31,580 nucleotides of DNA, taken from assembly GCA_050486505.1 (NCBI GenBank), contig JBJHDK010000023.1:1-31580 (forward strand). Reading direction: 5' to 3'. Positions 18,160 through 27,273 of this stretch are shown one piece after another. Every line of letters starts with the position of its first letter. Within the stretch, counting starts at the first letter, position 1. Under the pieces are notes generated by a model. That model did no database searches. It was given only the letters and a program-made list of their open reading frames with translations, and was not told where the DNA came from. The DNA is from Fibrobacteria bacterium (lineage in GTDB: Bacteria; Fibrobacterota; Fibrobacteria; UBA11236). Made by a program: the position numbers and the translations under genes.

Positions 18160-19143
18160 TTAGACTCGGTACGTTACCTGGTTCACGGCCTCGATGATCT
18201 TCTTGACGCTCGGCATGGTGGCCGCTTCGAGGTTGGCGGCGTAGGGCATGGGGTTCTCGCTTTGGGCCACCCTGACGATTGGGGAATCCAGGTCGTCGAA
18301 CAGCTGCGTGTAGACGTTTTCGGCGATCTGCGACCCGAGGCCGCAGAAGAAGTGGCCTTCCTCGACGACGACGACGCGACCGGTCTTCTTCACCGACTCG
18401 GCGATGAGCGGCATGTCGAGCGGCTTGAGGCTGCGGGGGTCGAGCAGTTCGACCTCGACGCCGTCTTTCGCCAGTTCCTCGGCGGCCTGCTTCGCGAGGT
18501 TCATCATGCGCGACCAGGCGATGACCGTGACATGTTCGCCCGGGCGGACGATGTTGCCCTTGCCGATGGGGACGATGTGGTCGTCGCCGTCGGGGACCTC
18601 GCCCTTGAGCGAGTAGTTCAACTCGTTCTCGAGGAAGATGACCGGGTCGTTGCAGCGGATGGCGGCTTTGAGCATGCCCTTCGAATCCGCGGGGTTGGAG
18701 GGCGACAGCACGTGCAGTCCGGGGAAGTGCGCGTAGATCGATTCCACGTTGTGGGAGTGCTGCGAGCTCACGCGCGGGCCCGCGCCGTTCGGGCCGCGGA
18801 AGACGATGGGCACGTTGAACAGGCCGCCCGACATGTAATACATCTTCGCGGCGTTCGAGAGGATCTGGTCGATGGCCACGAACGAGAAGTTGAAGCTCAT
18901 GAACTCGACCACGGGACGGAGGCCCATCATGGCCGCGCCCACGCCGAGCCCCGCGAATCCGGACTCGGAGATGGGGGTGTCGAGCACGCGCTTGGGGCCG
19001 AAGTGGTCGAGCAACCCCTTGGTGACCTTGTAGGCGCCGTTGTATTCGGCGACTTCCTCGCCCACGACGAAAACCTTCTCGTCGCGGGTCATTTCTTCCT
19101 TGAGCGCCTGGTTGAGGGCCTCGCGCAAATCAATGACGGCCAT
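18160..19143 (-). CDS. pdhB: Pyruvate dehydrogenase E1 beta (327 aa)
   Basis: GEEVAEYNGAYKVTKGL, DTPISESGF, PIVFRGPNG and QHS. Start placed at 19143. Confidence 0.96.
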   Translation of the reverse strand: MAVIDLREALNQALKEEMTRDEKVFVVGEEVAEYNGAYKVTKGLLDHFGPKRVLDTPISESGFAGLGVGAAMMGLRPVVEFMSFNFSFVAIDQILSNAAKMYYMSGGLFNVPIVFRGPNGAGPRVSSQHSHNVESIYAHFPGLHVLSPSNPADSKGMLKAAIRCNDPVIFLENELNYSLKGEVPDGDDHIVPIGKGNIVRPGEHVTVIAWSRMMNLAKQAAEELAKDGVEVELLDPRSLKPLDMPLIAESVKKTGRVVVVEEGHFFCGLGSQIAENVYTQLFDDLDSPIVRVAQSENPMPYAANLEAATMPSVKKIIEAVNQVTYRV

Positions 19144-20222
19144 CAGGCTTTTCCTCCGTTGGCGGGGTGCTCGAGGTTGGCGACCTCGTCGCGGTAGGTG
19201 TGTCGGGTGAGTTCTTCGAGAGGAGGCTCGGGGCTTTCGTCGGCGAAGTCGACGGCCTCCTGGATGCGCGCCTTCACGGTCTTGCCGAGGGCCTTGATCT
19301 CCTCCTCGGTCATCCACTTGTTGCGGACGATTTCCTCGCCGACGGTGAGGATGGGGTCGCGCTGCTTCCAGCTGTCGACCTCGTCCTTGCTGCGGTAGAG
19401 CCCGGCGTCGGAGACGGAGTGGCCGAAGAAACGGTAGGTGACCATGTGCACCAGAGCCGGGCGGCGCTTCGTGCGGGCCTCGTGGACGACGTGCTTCATG
19501 GTGTCGTGCACTTCGCGCAGGTCCATGCCGTTGATGGTGTAGCCCTTGATGCCGTAGGCCGCCGCCTTGGAGGCGATCTCGGTGTTGGCGATGGCGCGGC
19601 GGTTGGCCGTGCCCATGCCGTACTGGTTGTCTTCGCAGATGAAGATGGCGGGCAGGTTCCACAGGGCGGCGAGGTTCATGCACTCGTGGAAGGTTCCCTG
19701 GGGGAGGGCGCCGTCGCCGAAGAAGATGAAGCTGACGCCGTTGTCCTCATCGTAGTTCGACTTGAAGGCGGCGCCGATGCCCACGCCGAACTGCCCGCCG
19801 ACGATGCCGTGCCCGCCGAGGAAGTTGTGCTCCTTGGAGAAGAAGTGCATCGAGCCGCCCTTGCCGCGGGCGCAGCCGGTGACCTTGCCGAAGAGCTCGG
19901 CCATGCCCGCGCCGGGGTCGCCGCCCATGGCCAGGTACAGACCGTGGCAGCGGTAGGTGGTGACGGCGGAGTCTTGGGGGAGCTTGTGCTCGAGGGTGCC
20001 GACGCCGACGGCTTCGTGGCCGATGTAGGTGTGCAGGAAGCCTGCGATTTTCTTTTGCTGGTAGGCCTTGATGCTGGCCTCTTCGAACGACCGGATGGTC
20101 ATCATTTTTTCGAGCATCGCCACGAGTTTCTCGCGCGGGATGCTCCCGGTCTTCTCGTCTGTTACCTTGGATGTTTCGCGGGACTTGGCGGGGGCTTTTG
20201 CGGTTGCCTTGTCTGTAGCCAA
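19143..20222 (-). CDS. pdhA: Pyruvate dehydrogenase E1 alpha (TTG start)
   Basis: GKGGSMH, FGDGA...N (TPP motif) and TYRFFGHSVSD; GGAGG SD before the TTG. Confidence 0.95.
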   Translation of the reverse strand: MATDKATAKAPAKSRETSKVTDEKTGSIPREKLVAMLEKMMTIRSFEEASIKAYQQKKIAGFLHTYIGHEAVGVGTLEHKLPQDSAVTTYRCHGLYLAMGGDPGAGMAELFGKVTGCARGKGGSMHFFSKEHNFLGGHGIVGGQFGVGIGAAFKSNYDEDNGVSFIFFGDGALPQGTFHECMNLAALWNLPAIFICEDNQYGMGTANRRAIANTEIASKAAAYGIKGYTINGMDLREVHDTMKHVVHEARTKRRPALVHMVTYRFFGHSVSDAGLYRSKDEVDSWKQRDPILTVGEEIVRNKWMTEEEIKALGKTVKARIQEAVDFADESPEPPLEELTRHTYRDEVANLEHPANGGKA

Positions 20223-20446
20223 AAGGGTGCCTCCGGGAGAGGGAAAACCCCGAGATTCCCCGGAAACCGGGGGTGGTCACGGAGTGAAGCCGGAAACTTT
20301 CCGGATTCGGGTGGAACTTAGCAATGTTGGGGTGAAAACGGGGAGTTTTTGGAGAAATGAAAAACCCGGAGTCCCCAAAAAATCGGGTTGAACTCTTGAA
20401 ACCTCCGAATTAGTTGTTAACCGGAACCAAAAAATTGGAGGAAACC

Positions 20447-20914
20447 ATGGCAGATCCAGTCCCCGTCGGGAAAATCCCCTCCGGACTCTTTCTGGTGACG
20501 GTGGCCGTTTCAGGCCGCAGGGAGGGTTTTTTGGGGTCCTGGATCCAGCAGGCCTCTTTTGAACCGATGATGATTTCCGTCGCCCTGCAGCCCGATCGCC
20601 CTGCCTGGGGGTTGCTGCGCGAAACCGGCCGTTTTTGCGTCAATATCATCGGTCACGAGAATCATGGCGTGATGAAGCCCTTTTGGGGCAAATATGTTCC
20701 GGGAGCAGACCCCTTCACGGACATTCCCCACGAACTCACAGCCCGCGGAAATCTCCTGCTGCCCGACGCCATGGCGGCCCTTGAATGCGAGTTGCGGGGG
20801 TTCCACCAGCCGGGAGATCACGTCATCGCCTTCGGCGAGGTGGTCGAGACGCATCTGATCAAGCCCGGTGACAAGCCGATGGTCCATGTGCGCAAGAGCG
20901 GGGCCGCGTACTAG
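20447..20914 (+). CDS. Flavin reductase-like protein (155 aa)
   Basis: SWIQQASFEP, FCVNI, LEC and GDH. ATG at 20447 after GGAGG. Confidence 0.88.
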   Translation: MADPVPVGKIPSGLFLVTVAVSGRREGFLGSWIQQASFEPMMISVALQPDRPAWGLLRETGRFCVNIIGHENHGVMKPFWGKYVPGADPFTDIPHELTARGNLLLPDAMAALECELRGFHQPGDHVIAFGEVVETHLIKPGDKPMVHVRKSGAAY

Positions 20915-20976
20915 GAGCGCCCCTACCAGCAACACGCCGTTCCGCACTCCGTTCACCGGTTTCCCGATCTCTCCAC

Positions 20977-21705
20977 GTGCTTTCCGAACTTTTACCCGCG
21001 CTGGGCGCATTTCTGATCGGCCTGTCGAAGGCAGGCTTCGCCACGGGCTTGTCGATGCTGACGACTCCGCTCGTCGCATCCGTGGTCAGCGCGCGTTACG
21101 CCATCGGGCTCATTCTGCCGTTGCTCGTCATTTCGGACTGGATGACGTTGGCGGCGTACTGGAAGAAGTGGAAGCTGCACCTGCTCGCCTGGCCGCTGCT
21201 CGGGTGTCTCGCGGGCATCGCCTTCGGCATGCTCTTCATCAACGCCATCACCGACGTGGCCTTGCGCCGCGCGGTGGGGAGCATGGGGCTGATCCTCACC
21301 GTGTTGTTGCTGATCCGGGATATCTGGTATCCCGCGAAGACCTATGCGCCCGCGTGGTGGCACGGGATTCTGGTGGGCATGCTGGCGGGGTTTGCGTCGA
21401 CCCTGGCGCATGCGGCGGGACCGATCATGGCGCTCTATTTCATGGCGCAGAAGCTCGACAAGGTTTCCTTCGTGGCCACCAACGCGCTGTTCTTCACGGT
21501 GAACAACCTGCTCAAGCTGCCCCCGTACATCGTCTCCGGCCTGATCACGGCGGAAACCCTGCGGGCCGGGGTGTGGCTGGTTTGGTTCATCCCGCTGGGC
21601 GTGGCGGCCGGGTGGGGGCTGAACCGCCTGCTGCCGCAGAAGTCGTTCTCCTACATCGTGTACGGGCTGCTGTTTTTGACGAGCCTGCAGTTGGTGGTGA
21701 GGTGA
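20977..21705 (+). CDS. TauE/SafE-family (sulfite exporter-like) membrane protein
   Basis: GLSKAGF, GFASTLAHAAGP, NLLKLPPY and multiple TM segments. Confidence 0.85.
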   Translation: MLSELLPALGAFLIGLSKAGFATGLSMLTTPLVASVVSARYAIGLILPLLVISDWMTLAAYWKKWKLHLLAWPLLGCLAGIAFGMLFINAITDVALRRAVGSMGLILTVLLLIRDIWYPAKTYAPAWWHGILVGMLAGFASTLAHAAGPIMALYFMAQKLDKVSFVATNALFFTVNNLLKLPPYIVSGLITAETLRAGVWLVWFIPLGVAAGWGLNRLLPQKSFSYIVYGLLFLTSLQLVVR

Positions 21706-21754
21706 GAGTGATGAGTTATGAGTGATGAGTTATGAGTCGTGAGTTATGAGTGGG
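21706..21754 (+). repeat. Seven tandem heptamers GAGT(G/T)AT
   Basis: GAGTGAT GAGTTAT GAGTGAT GAGTTAT GAGTCGT GAGTTAT GAGTGGG, starting at the first base after the stop codon. Confidence 0.9.
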
Positions 21755-21860
21755 GGGGCAGTCGTCCCCGGTGTTTGATTTTTACGAACGCTTTCCGGAA
21801 ACTTCAGTGTTTGGTTTTGTGAGTTCCGCTTTATATTCCACGTAACGTGGAGGTCTGAAG

Positions 21861-22655
21861 ATGCGACGCTTGTTCGGCTTGATTGCAGTGGGTTTGTTTG
21901 CGGCGTCGCCCACCCGGTCCGAGACGGTGGTGATCCCTTACACGGGCGGGAAGGCCTGGGGTATTGTTACGATCGAACTGGACAATTGGCGGAACGTGTC
22001 TCCCGACACGGTTCAACTCGGGGAAGTGTTTTCCGTGATCCCCTATTTTGCCATATACCCGATAACTGTCTGCAGTAACATGGGTGAGCTGGGGCTTGCG
22101 GTATCTTCGCAAGGGGTTGTTCGCAGACGATGGAACGCCGATACAAGCTGGCATGATTACGGGACATTTCCGCTCACCATCTCTTCAATGGTGAATCTGG
22201 ATACGGTGCCGCTGTACCTCTCACGCGATGCTTTGCATGACACCACATTGACGGAACGAGGTTTTCCGGTCGCGGCGGTCGGGGATTACGAGTGTGTTTC
22301 CGAGACGTACTACTTGATTGACTCAACGTATCGGCAGATCGTTTTTGTGCAGCACGACGGGACATACGCCAAGCTGCAGGTCGCAAGTCATCACGACACC
22401 GCTTACGGATCGCCCACGTCTCCGTTCCATATCCTTAAGTCCGTCACCCTTCGCTACGTGATCAGCGACGACCCGGACGATCTCGTCGATCCCGGCGTGT
22501 CGATTCGCCCCGCACGGCTGCGGTACCGGAGCGTCGGGGCGGGCGCGGTGGAGTATTACAACCCGCTGGGCATTCGCGTCCGTCCCGAGGCGGGGCGCCC
22601 CGCGCCCGCGCTGCCGGTGCCGCGCGCGCGACCCGCGGAAACGCCGGATCGCTGA
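21861..22655 (+). CDS. Secreted hypothetical protein with a basic C-terminal tail
   Basis: Signal peptide MRRLFGLIAVGLFAA, GGAGG SD, and the tail VSIRP...YYNPLGIRV. Confidence 0.75.
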   Translation: MRRLFGLIAVGLFAASPTRSETVVIPYTGGKAWGIVTIELDNWRNVSPDTVQLGEVFSVIPYFAIYPITVCSNMGELGLAVSSQGVVRRRWNADTSWHDYGTFPLTISSMVNLDTVPLYLSRDALHDTTLTERGFPVAAVGDYECVSETYYLIDSTYRQIVFVQHDGTYAKLQVASHHDTAYGSPTSPFHILKSVTLRYVISDDPDDLVDPGVSIRPARLRYRSVGAGAVEYYNPLGIRVRPEAGRPAPALPVPRARPAETPDR

Positions 22656-22730
22656 TGACCGGATGACTGGAAGGGTGGCGCGGTGAGAACGCCCCGGCAT
22701 CGACCTGCGCGCCCATCCAAAACACGTGCC

Positions 22731-22762
22731 ATAAAAAAAGCGGCCTTGCGGCCGCTCATTTT
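22731..22762 (-). terminator. Intrinsic terminator between convergent genes, possibly bidirectional
   Basis: A7 then AGCGGCC-TTGC-GGCCGCT then CATTTT. Confidence 0.8.
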
Positions 22763-22783
22763 CTACCGACTAACCGCCAGTCG

Positions 22784-23110
22784 TCACTTGTCCTTCTTCA
22801 GCAACGACAGCACCTCGGGCACCAGATCGATGGCCTTGCCGATCACGTCCTTGTCGCGGGTGAGGCTGACGATTTTGACCTCGTCACCCTGAACGACCAC
22901 AAAGGCGATGGGTTCCACCGTGAGACCGCCGCCCGATCCGGCCATGTCACCCTTGCTGGAGGCGCCACCGAGGCCGAAACCCACCGATACCCGAGACACG
23001 GGAATCAAGGTCGCGCCCTCGGCCTGGATGGGTTGGCCCACCACGGTGTCGGTTTGGGCGATGCCCTTCAGCTTGTCGAGAATCACGGAGGCCATGCTGT
23101 CGATGTTCAT
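22784..23110 (-). CDS. GerW/YtfJ-family protein (108 aa)
   Basis: TDTVVGQPI...TLIPVSRVSVGFG.GG...GGGLTVEPIAFVV...IDLVPEV. Confidence 0.88.
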   Translation of the reverse strand: MNIDSMASVILDKLKGIAQTDTVVGQPIQAEGATLIPVSRVSVGFGLGGASSKGDMAGSGGGLTVEPIAFVVVQGDEVKIVSLTRDKDVIGKAIDLVPEVLSLLKKDK

Positions 23111-23124
23111 GGGTGAAGTATAGA

Positions 23125-23166
23125 TAAGGGGTAGGGGGTAGGGGGTAGGAGGTAAGAGGTCAGGGG
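23125..23166. repeat. Six tandem heptamers TAGGGGG-like
   Basis: TAAGGGG TAGGGGG TAGGGGG TAGGAGG TAAGAGG TCAGGGG. Confidence 0.85.
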
Positions 23167-23254
23167 GTGGAAGTTCCGGCGATGGACGGGAACGCCGGAG
23201 GGCAGCCCGGGAGGTGTCGGGATGCCGGGGGAGGCCAGGGGTAAAAAAAGGGGT

Positions 23255-23290
23255 AAAAAACGGGGGCAGGTCTTTCGACCCACCCCCGTC
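23255..23290 (-). terminator. Terminator after tRNA-Arg
   Basis: ACGGGGGTGGGTC-GAAA-GACCTGCCCCCGT followed by a T tract. Confidence 0.8.
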
Positions 23291-23296
23291 AATTTC

Positions 23297-23373
23297 TGGT
23301 GCAAGCGCCAGGATTCGAACCTGGAGTCTTCTGATTCGTAGTCAGATGCCTTATCCAGTTTGGCCACGCCTGC
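23297..23373 (-). tRNA. tRNA-Arg(ACG)
   Basis: GCAGGCG/CGCTTGC acceptor stem, TCTGA-CTACGAA-TCAGA anticodon arm, GGTTCGAATCC and an encoded CCA. Confidence 0.97.
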
Positions 23374-23427
23374 AACGGGGCGCAAGTATAACAAAAGTCC
23401 CGCCGTTTCCCTACCTTTCCCGTTTCA

Positions 23428-25737
23428 ATGCCCAGAAAAAATCCCGGAAATCCTCGTCGGGGAGCAAGGCCGCCCTGGCATCGCAGCACAGGCGGCTGGC
23501 TCCGCTTGTTTGCCCTCCTGACGGCGGTCGGCCTCGCGGCTTTCTTGCTGATGTTCGGAACCTTCGCCCTCTCATTACCGACACTCGACCGCCTTGAGCG
23601 CCACGAGCCCGGCCTCGTGACCCGGGTGGAGGGGAAGGGCGGCGCATTGGTGCACGAGTTCTACATCGAGCGCCGCATCTGGATCCCCGAAGACCAGATT
23701 CCCGACCTCCTCAAGCAGGCCGTGATCGCCGTGGAGGATCGTTCCTTCTATCGCCACTGGGGCGTCGACCTCACCGCGTATCCTTCAGCGCTGCTGCCCG
23801 CCGTTCTCGGTGGCCGCGCGCGCGGGGCTTCGACGCTCACGCAGCAACTGGCGAAGAACCTCTTCCTGACTCCCGAGCGCAGCATCGCGCGCAAGGCACG
23901 CGAAATCCTGCTCGCCATCCAGATCGAGCGGAACTACACGAAGCAGGAAATCCTCGAGTTCTACTTCAACCAGGTGTATCTCGGAGCGGGCGTTTACGGC
24001 TTCGCCTCGGCGGCGGATCGCTACTTCAGCAGTCCCCTCGACTCGTTGACGGTGGCCCAATACGCCCTGCTGGCGGGTCTCCTGCAGCGCCCCGAGGCGT
24101 ACCGGCCCGACATCAACCCCGAACTGGCGCGTTCGCGTCGCGATGTGGTGCTGGGCGCGATGTTGCGCAATGAGGCGATCACCCGCGCGCAATGGGAGCG
24201 GGCGGTGGCCTCGCCGGTCGAAACGCGCATCCATCGTCCTCCTTCCGATCTCGGCCCCTACTTCATCGAACATGTTCGCCAGTTCGTCGGCGGACAGTGG
24301 GGCGATCACTTCGTTTACAACATGGGCGCCACCATCACCGTGACCATGGATTCGGCCATCCAGCATGCGGCCGACAGCGCGCTCAGGCTCCGCCTCGAGG
24401 GCGTGCGGGCGCGCCAAAAGCGCCGCACCGCGGTCGGGTACGACATGCCGGGATTATTGGGGGTTCCCCTGGAAGGCATTCTCCGCGACTGGGACCGCCA
24501 CTATGAACGCTTCGAGAAGGATTTCCTGGAGCCCGATGCGCGCGCCGGAGGCAGGCGCTTTCCCGCGTCGTTGCGATACCGGCCCGCGCAGGCCGCCCTG
24601 GTCGTCATCGAGAACGAGACGGGGGCAGTCCGTGCCCTCGTGGGCGGGAGCGACTTCGCGGTCACCAAGTACAACCGCGCCCTGCAGGCGGTGCGCTCCC
24701 CCGGATCGGCGTTCAAGCCCTTCGTGTACGCTGCGGCCATCGAGCGCGGCGCGGGGCCCGGCGACATCGTGAACGACCAGCCCATCTCGATCCCCGAGCT
24801 CACCGACACGGGCCGGGTCTGGCAGCCGACGAATTTCGATCCCGGATTCGAGGGACGCATGACCATGCGCCGCGCCTTCTACCGCTCCAAGAACCTGCCT
24901 GCGGTGGAGACCGGGCTCAAGGTCGGCGTGGAGAACGTCGTGTCGCTGGCGCGCCGCTTCGGGTTTCGCCGCCGCATTCCCGCCGTGCCGTCCCTCACGC
25001 TCGGCGCGGCCGATGTGACCTTGCTCGAGCTCACGTCGGCGTACACGGTGTTCCCCAACGGTGGCGACCGGCACGAGCCCTATTTCGTGGAGTCCGTGCA
25101 TGACCGCCAGGGGCGCGAGCTTTACCGTCATTCGCCGCGCCGCGACGGCGTGCTGACACCGCAGGTGGCATGGCTGCTCACCAGCATGCTGCAGGACGTC
25201 AACATCCGCGGCACGGCCGCCTCGATCCGGGGTGCGGGCCTGCATCATCCCTCCGGCGGGAAGACCGGCACCACGAATGACTACACCGACGCGTGGTACG
25301 TGGGCTTCACCCGGGATTACACCGCGGGAATCTGGGTGGGCGTGGACGACTATTCTTCGATGGGGCCGGGCAACACCGGGTCGTCGAACGCCGTGCCGCT
25401 CTGGATCGACGTGATGCGCGTTACCGAGCGGGGCATGCCCGCGCGCGACTTCCCCCGACCCGAGGGAATCATCGACATCAGCATGTGCCCGGTCACGGGG
25501 CTGCGGGCCCAATCATTCTGTCCCTCGCCGCACATCCACGACCATTACCTCGCGGGCCACGGGCCCACGGGCTATTGCTCACCCGGGTTCCATACGCGCA
25601 GTCCCGCGCTCGTGGGCGACGGCGGCCCTGCCCATGCTCCTCCCGCGCCGTCCCCGGAACCGCAACCCGAGGTCACACCCCAGGATGTTGAAGACGAATC
25701 TCCTCCGGAGAGGCGTCGTCTCCGCAGAACGTTCTGA
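23428..25737 (+). CDS. mrcA: Class A penicillin-binding protein 1A
   Basis: Transglycosylase motifs EDRSF and GASTLTQQLAKN; transpeptidase motifs SAFK, SKN and KTGT. Confidence 0.93.
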   Translation: MPRKNPGNPRRGARPPWHRSTGGWLRLFALLTAVGLAAFLLMFGTFALSLPTLDRLERHEPGLVTRVEGKGGALVHEFYIERRIWIPEDQIPDLLKQAVIAVEDRSFYRHWGVDLTAYPSALLPAVLGGRARGASTLTQQLAKNLFLTPERSIARKAREILLAIQIERNYTKQEILEFYFNQVYLGAGVYGFASAADRYFSSPLDSLTVAQYALLAGLLQRPEAYRPDINPELARSRRDVVLGAMLRNEAITRAQWERAVASPVETRIHRPPSDLGPYFIEHVRQFVGGQWGDHFVYNMGATITVTMDSAIQHAADSALRLRLEGVRARQKRRTAVGYDMPGLLGVPLEGILRDWDRHYERFEKDFLEPDARAGGRRFPASLRYRPAQAALVVIENETGAVRALVGGSDFAVTKYNRALQAVRSPGSAFKPFVYAAAIERGAGPGDIVNDQPISIPELTDTGRVWQPTNFDPGFEGRMTMRRAFYRSKNLPAVETGLKVGVENVVSLARRFGFRRRIPAVPSLTLGAADVTLLELTSAYTVFPNGGDRHEPYFVESVHDRQGRELYRHSPRRDGVLTPQVAWLLTSMLQDVNIRGTAASIRGAGLHHPSGGKTGTTNDYTDAWYVGFTRDYTAGIWVGVDDYSSMGPGNTGSSNAVPLWIDVMRVTERGMPARDFPRPEGIIDISMCPVTGLRAQSFCPSPHIHDHYLAGHGPTGYCSPGFHTRSPALVGDGGPAHAPPAPSPEPQPEVTPQDVEDESPPERRRLRRTF

Positions 25738-25763
25738 CTTCGCTTTGCATCTTTGGAACCATC

Positions 25764-27197
25764 ATGACGCCTGAATGGATCTGGATCGTTCTCTTCCTCG
25801 CCGCCGTGGCGGGAGGGTTTCTCGCGTCGAAACAGGCGCGCGCCGCGGGAAGCCGCGAGGCGGAACTCGAGGCCGCGCCGTTGCGCGAGCGCGCGGAGGC
25901 AGCGGAAACTCGCCTTGAATCGGCACGCTTCGAACTTCAAGAGGCCTTGAGAGAGCAGAGCCGACTGACGCAAATGTCTTCGCGCATTCCCGAGTTGGAG
26001 GGGGAAGTGCGAAAGTTGAGAGAGCGTGCAGAATCCCTCGGTAGCGAGCTGCGGGAATTCGAGAGAAGCAATGCCGAGCTGAAAACGGAACTACGCGAGA
26101 CCAAGGCTCGTGAGCCGGAGGTGCGCGCTGCCCTGCAGCGCGAGTTGGCGCAATTCTTGGATAAAGAGGGTAAAGGTCTGGCTCGATATAACGTTGAATC
26201 TTTAGAGAATATTCTTGGTCCACTAAGGACAAAGCTGCAAGATTTCGAGAAAAAGGTTGAGGATACGCAAAAAGACGGGCATGCCCGGCACGTTGAACTG
26301 AAAACACAAATTACGGGACTGCTGGGGATGAACCAGCGCCTCAGCGAGGAAGCACAAAATCTGACGCTAGCTCTGAAAGGGGAGAATAAAACAAGCGGAA
26401 ACTGGGGCGAACTTGTACTTGAGCGTGTGCTGGAATGGTCTGGACTAGAAAAGGGACGCGAGTATGACGTTCAACAGGCATTTACAAACGAAGAGGGGCG
26501 TCGAAAATTTCCCGACGTTGTGGTTTATTTGCCTGAAAAACGTCAGCTTGTTGTTGATGCAAAAGTCTCTTTGGTGGCGTACGAAAGATATTGCTCGGCC
26601 GAATCACCTGAAGTCGCAGCACAGGAATTACAAGTTCATATCAATTCTGTCCGGCAACACATTCGGAATCTTTCAGAACAGCGGTATCAGGATCTTCCGG
26701 GCTTAACGACACCTGATTTTGTCTTCTTGTTTATGCCTTTAGAGCCTGCTTTCATTGTGGCAGTTAAGCGCGATGAATCGCTATTTGAAGAGGCTTTTCG
26801 GAGGAATATTGTCATTGTCTCTCCAACCACGCTACTTGCGACGTTACGCACGGTTGCCAATATCTGGAAGCAAGAAAAGCGTACTCGCAACGCGGAAGAG
26901 ATCGCGCGACTTGCAGGTAACTTGTACGACAAGTTCGTTGGCTTTTTGGATGATCTTCAAGGCATTGGTGATAGTTTGGAGAAAGCTCAAGGACGTTATG
27001 AAGAAGCCCGTAAGAAGCTTAAGGACGGAAAAGGCAACTTAGTCGGAAGTGTCGAACGAATCCGTTTACAGGGCGCAAGAGCCAAGAAACGGATTCCCGC
27101 GGCATGGCGCGACGAGGGTGAACCGGCCCTGGAAGCGGCGGAAGAGCCTGAGGACGCTGAGGATGCAAAAGACGACGAAGAATCCCCTCAGGCCTGA
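25764..27197 (+). CDS. rmuC: DNA recombination protein RmuC
   Basis: TM segment, coiled coil, GNWGELVLE, PDVVV.LP...VDAK, FLFMPLE and SPTTLLATL. Confidence 0.93.
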   Translation: MTPEWIWIVLFLAAVAGGFLASKQARAAGSREAELEAAPLRERAEAAETRLESARFELQEALREQSRLTQMSSRIPELEGEVRKLRERAESLGSELREFERSNAELKTELRETKAREPEVRAALQRELAQFLDKEGKGLARYNVESLENILGPLRTKLQDFEKKVEDTQKDGHARHVELKTQITGLLGMNQRLSEEAQNLTLALKGENKTSGNWGELVLERVLEWSGLEKGREYDVQQAFTNEEGRRKFPDVVVYLPEKRQLVVDAKVSLVAYERYCSAESPEVAAQELQVHINSVRQHIRNLSEQRYQDLPGLTTPDFVFLFMPLEPAFIVAVKRDESLFEEAFRRNIVIVSPTTLLATLRTVANIWKQEKRTRNAEEIARLAGNLYDKFVGFLDDLQGIGDSLEKAQGRYEEARKKLKDGKGNLVGSVERIRLQGARAKKRIPAAWRDEGEPALEAAEEPEDAEDAKDDEESPQA

Positions 27198-27273
27198 ATT
27201 TCCCCCGATAGAGGCCCCCCGTCCTTCCTGTTTTCCGTAAGTTAGGGGAGCCCCCCCAACTCCGGAGACTCGC

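Noticed and set aside
20240..20400. CCGGAAA...CCGG hairpins in the pdhA leader as a riboswitch
   Set aside because: No TPP or other aptamer consensus is recognisable; short GC-rich stems are expected by chance.
23107..23394. 95-aa minus-strand ORF
   Set aside because: It overlaps the tRNA, its terminator and the repeats, so it is not a credible protein.
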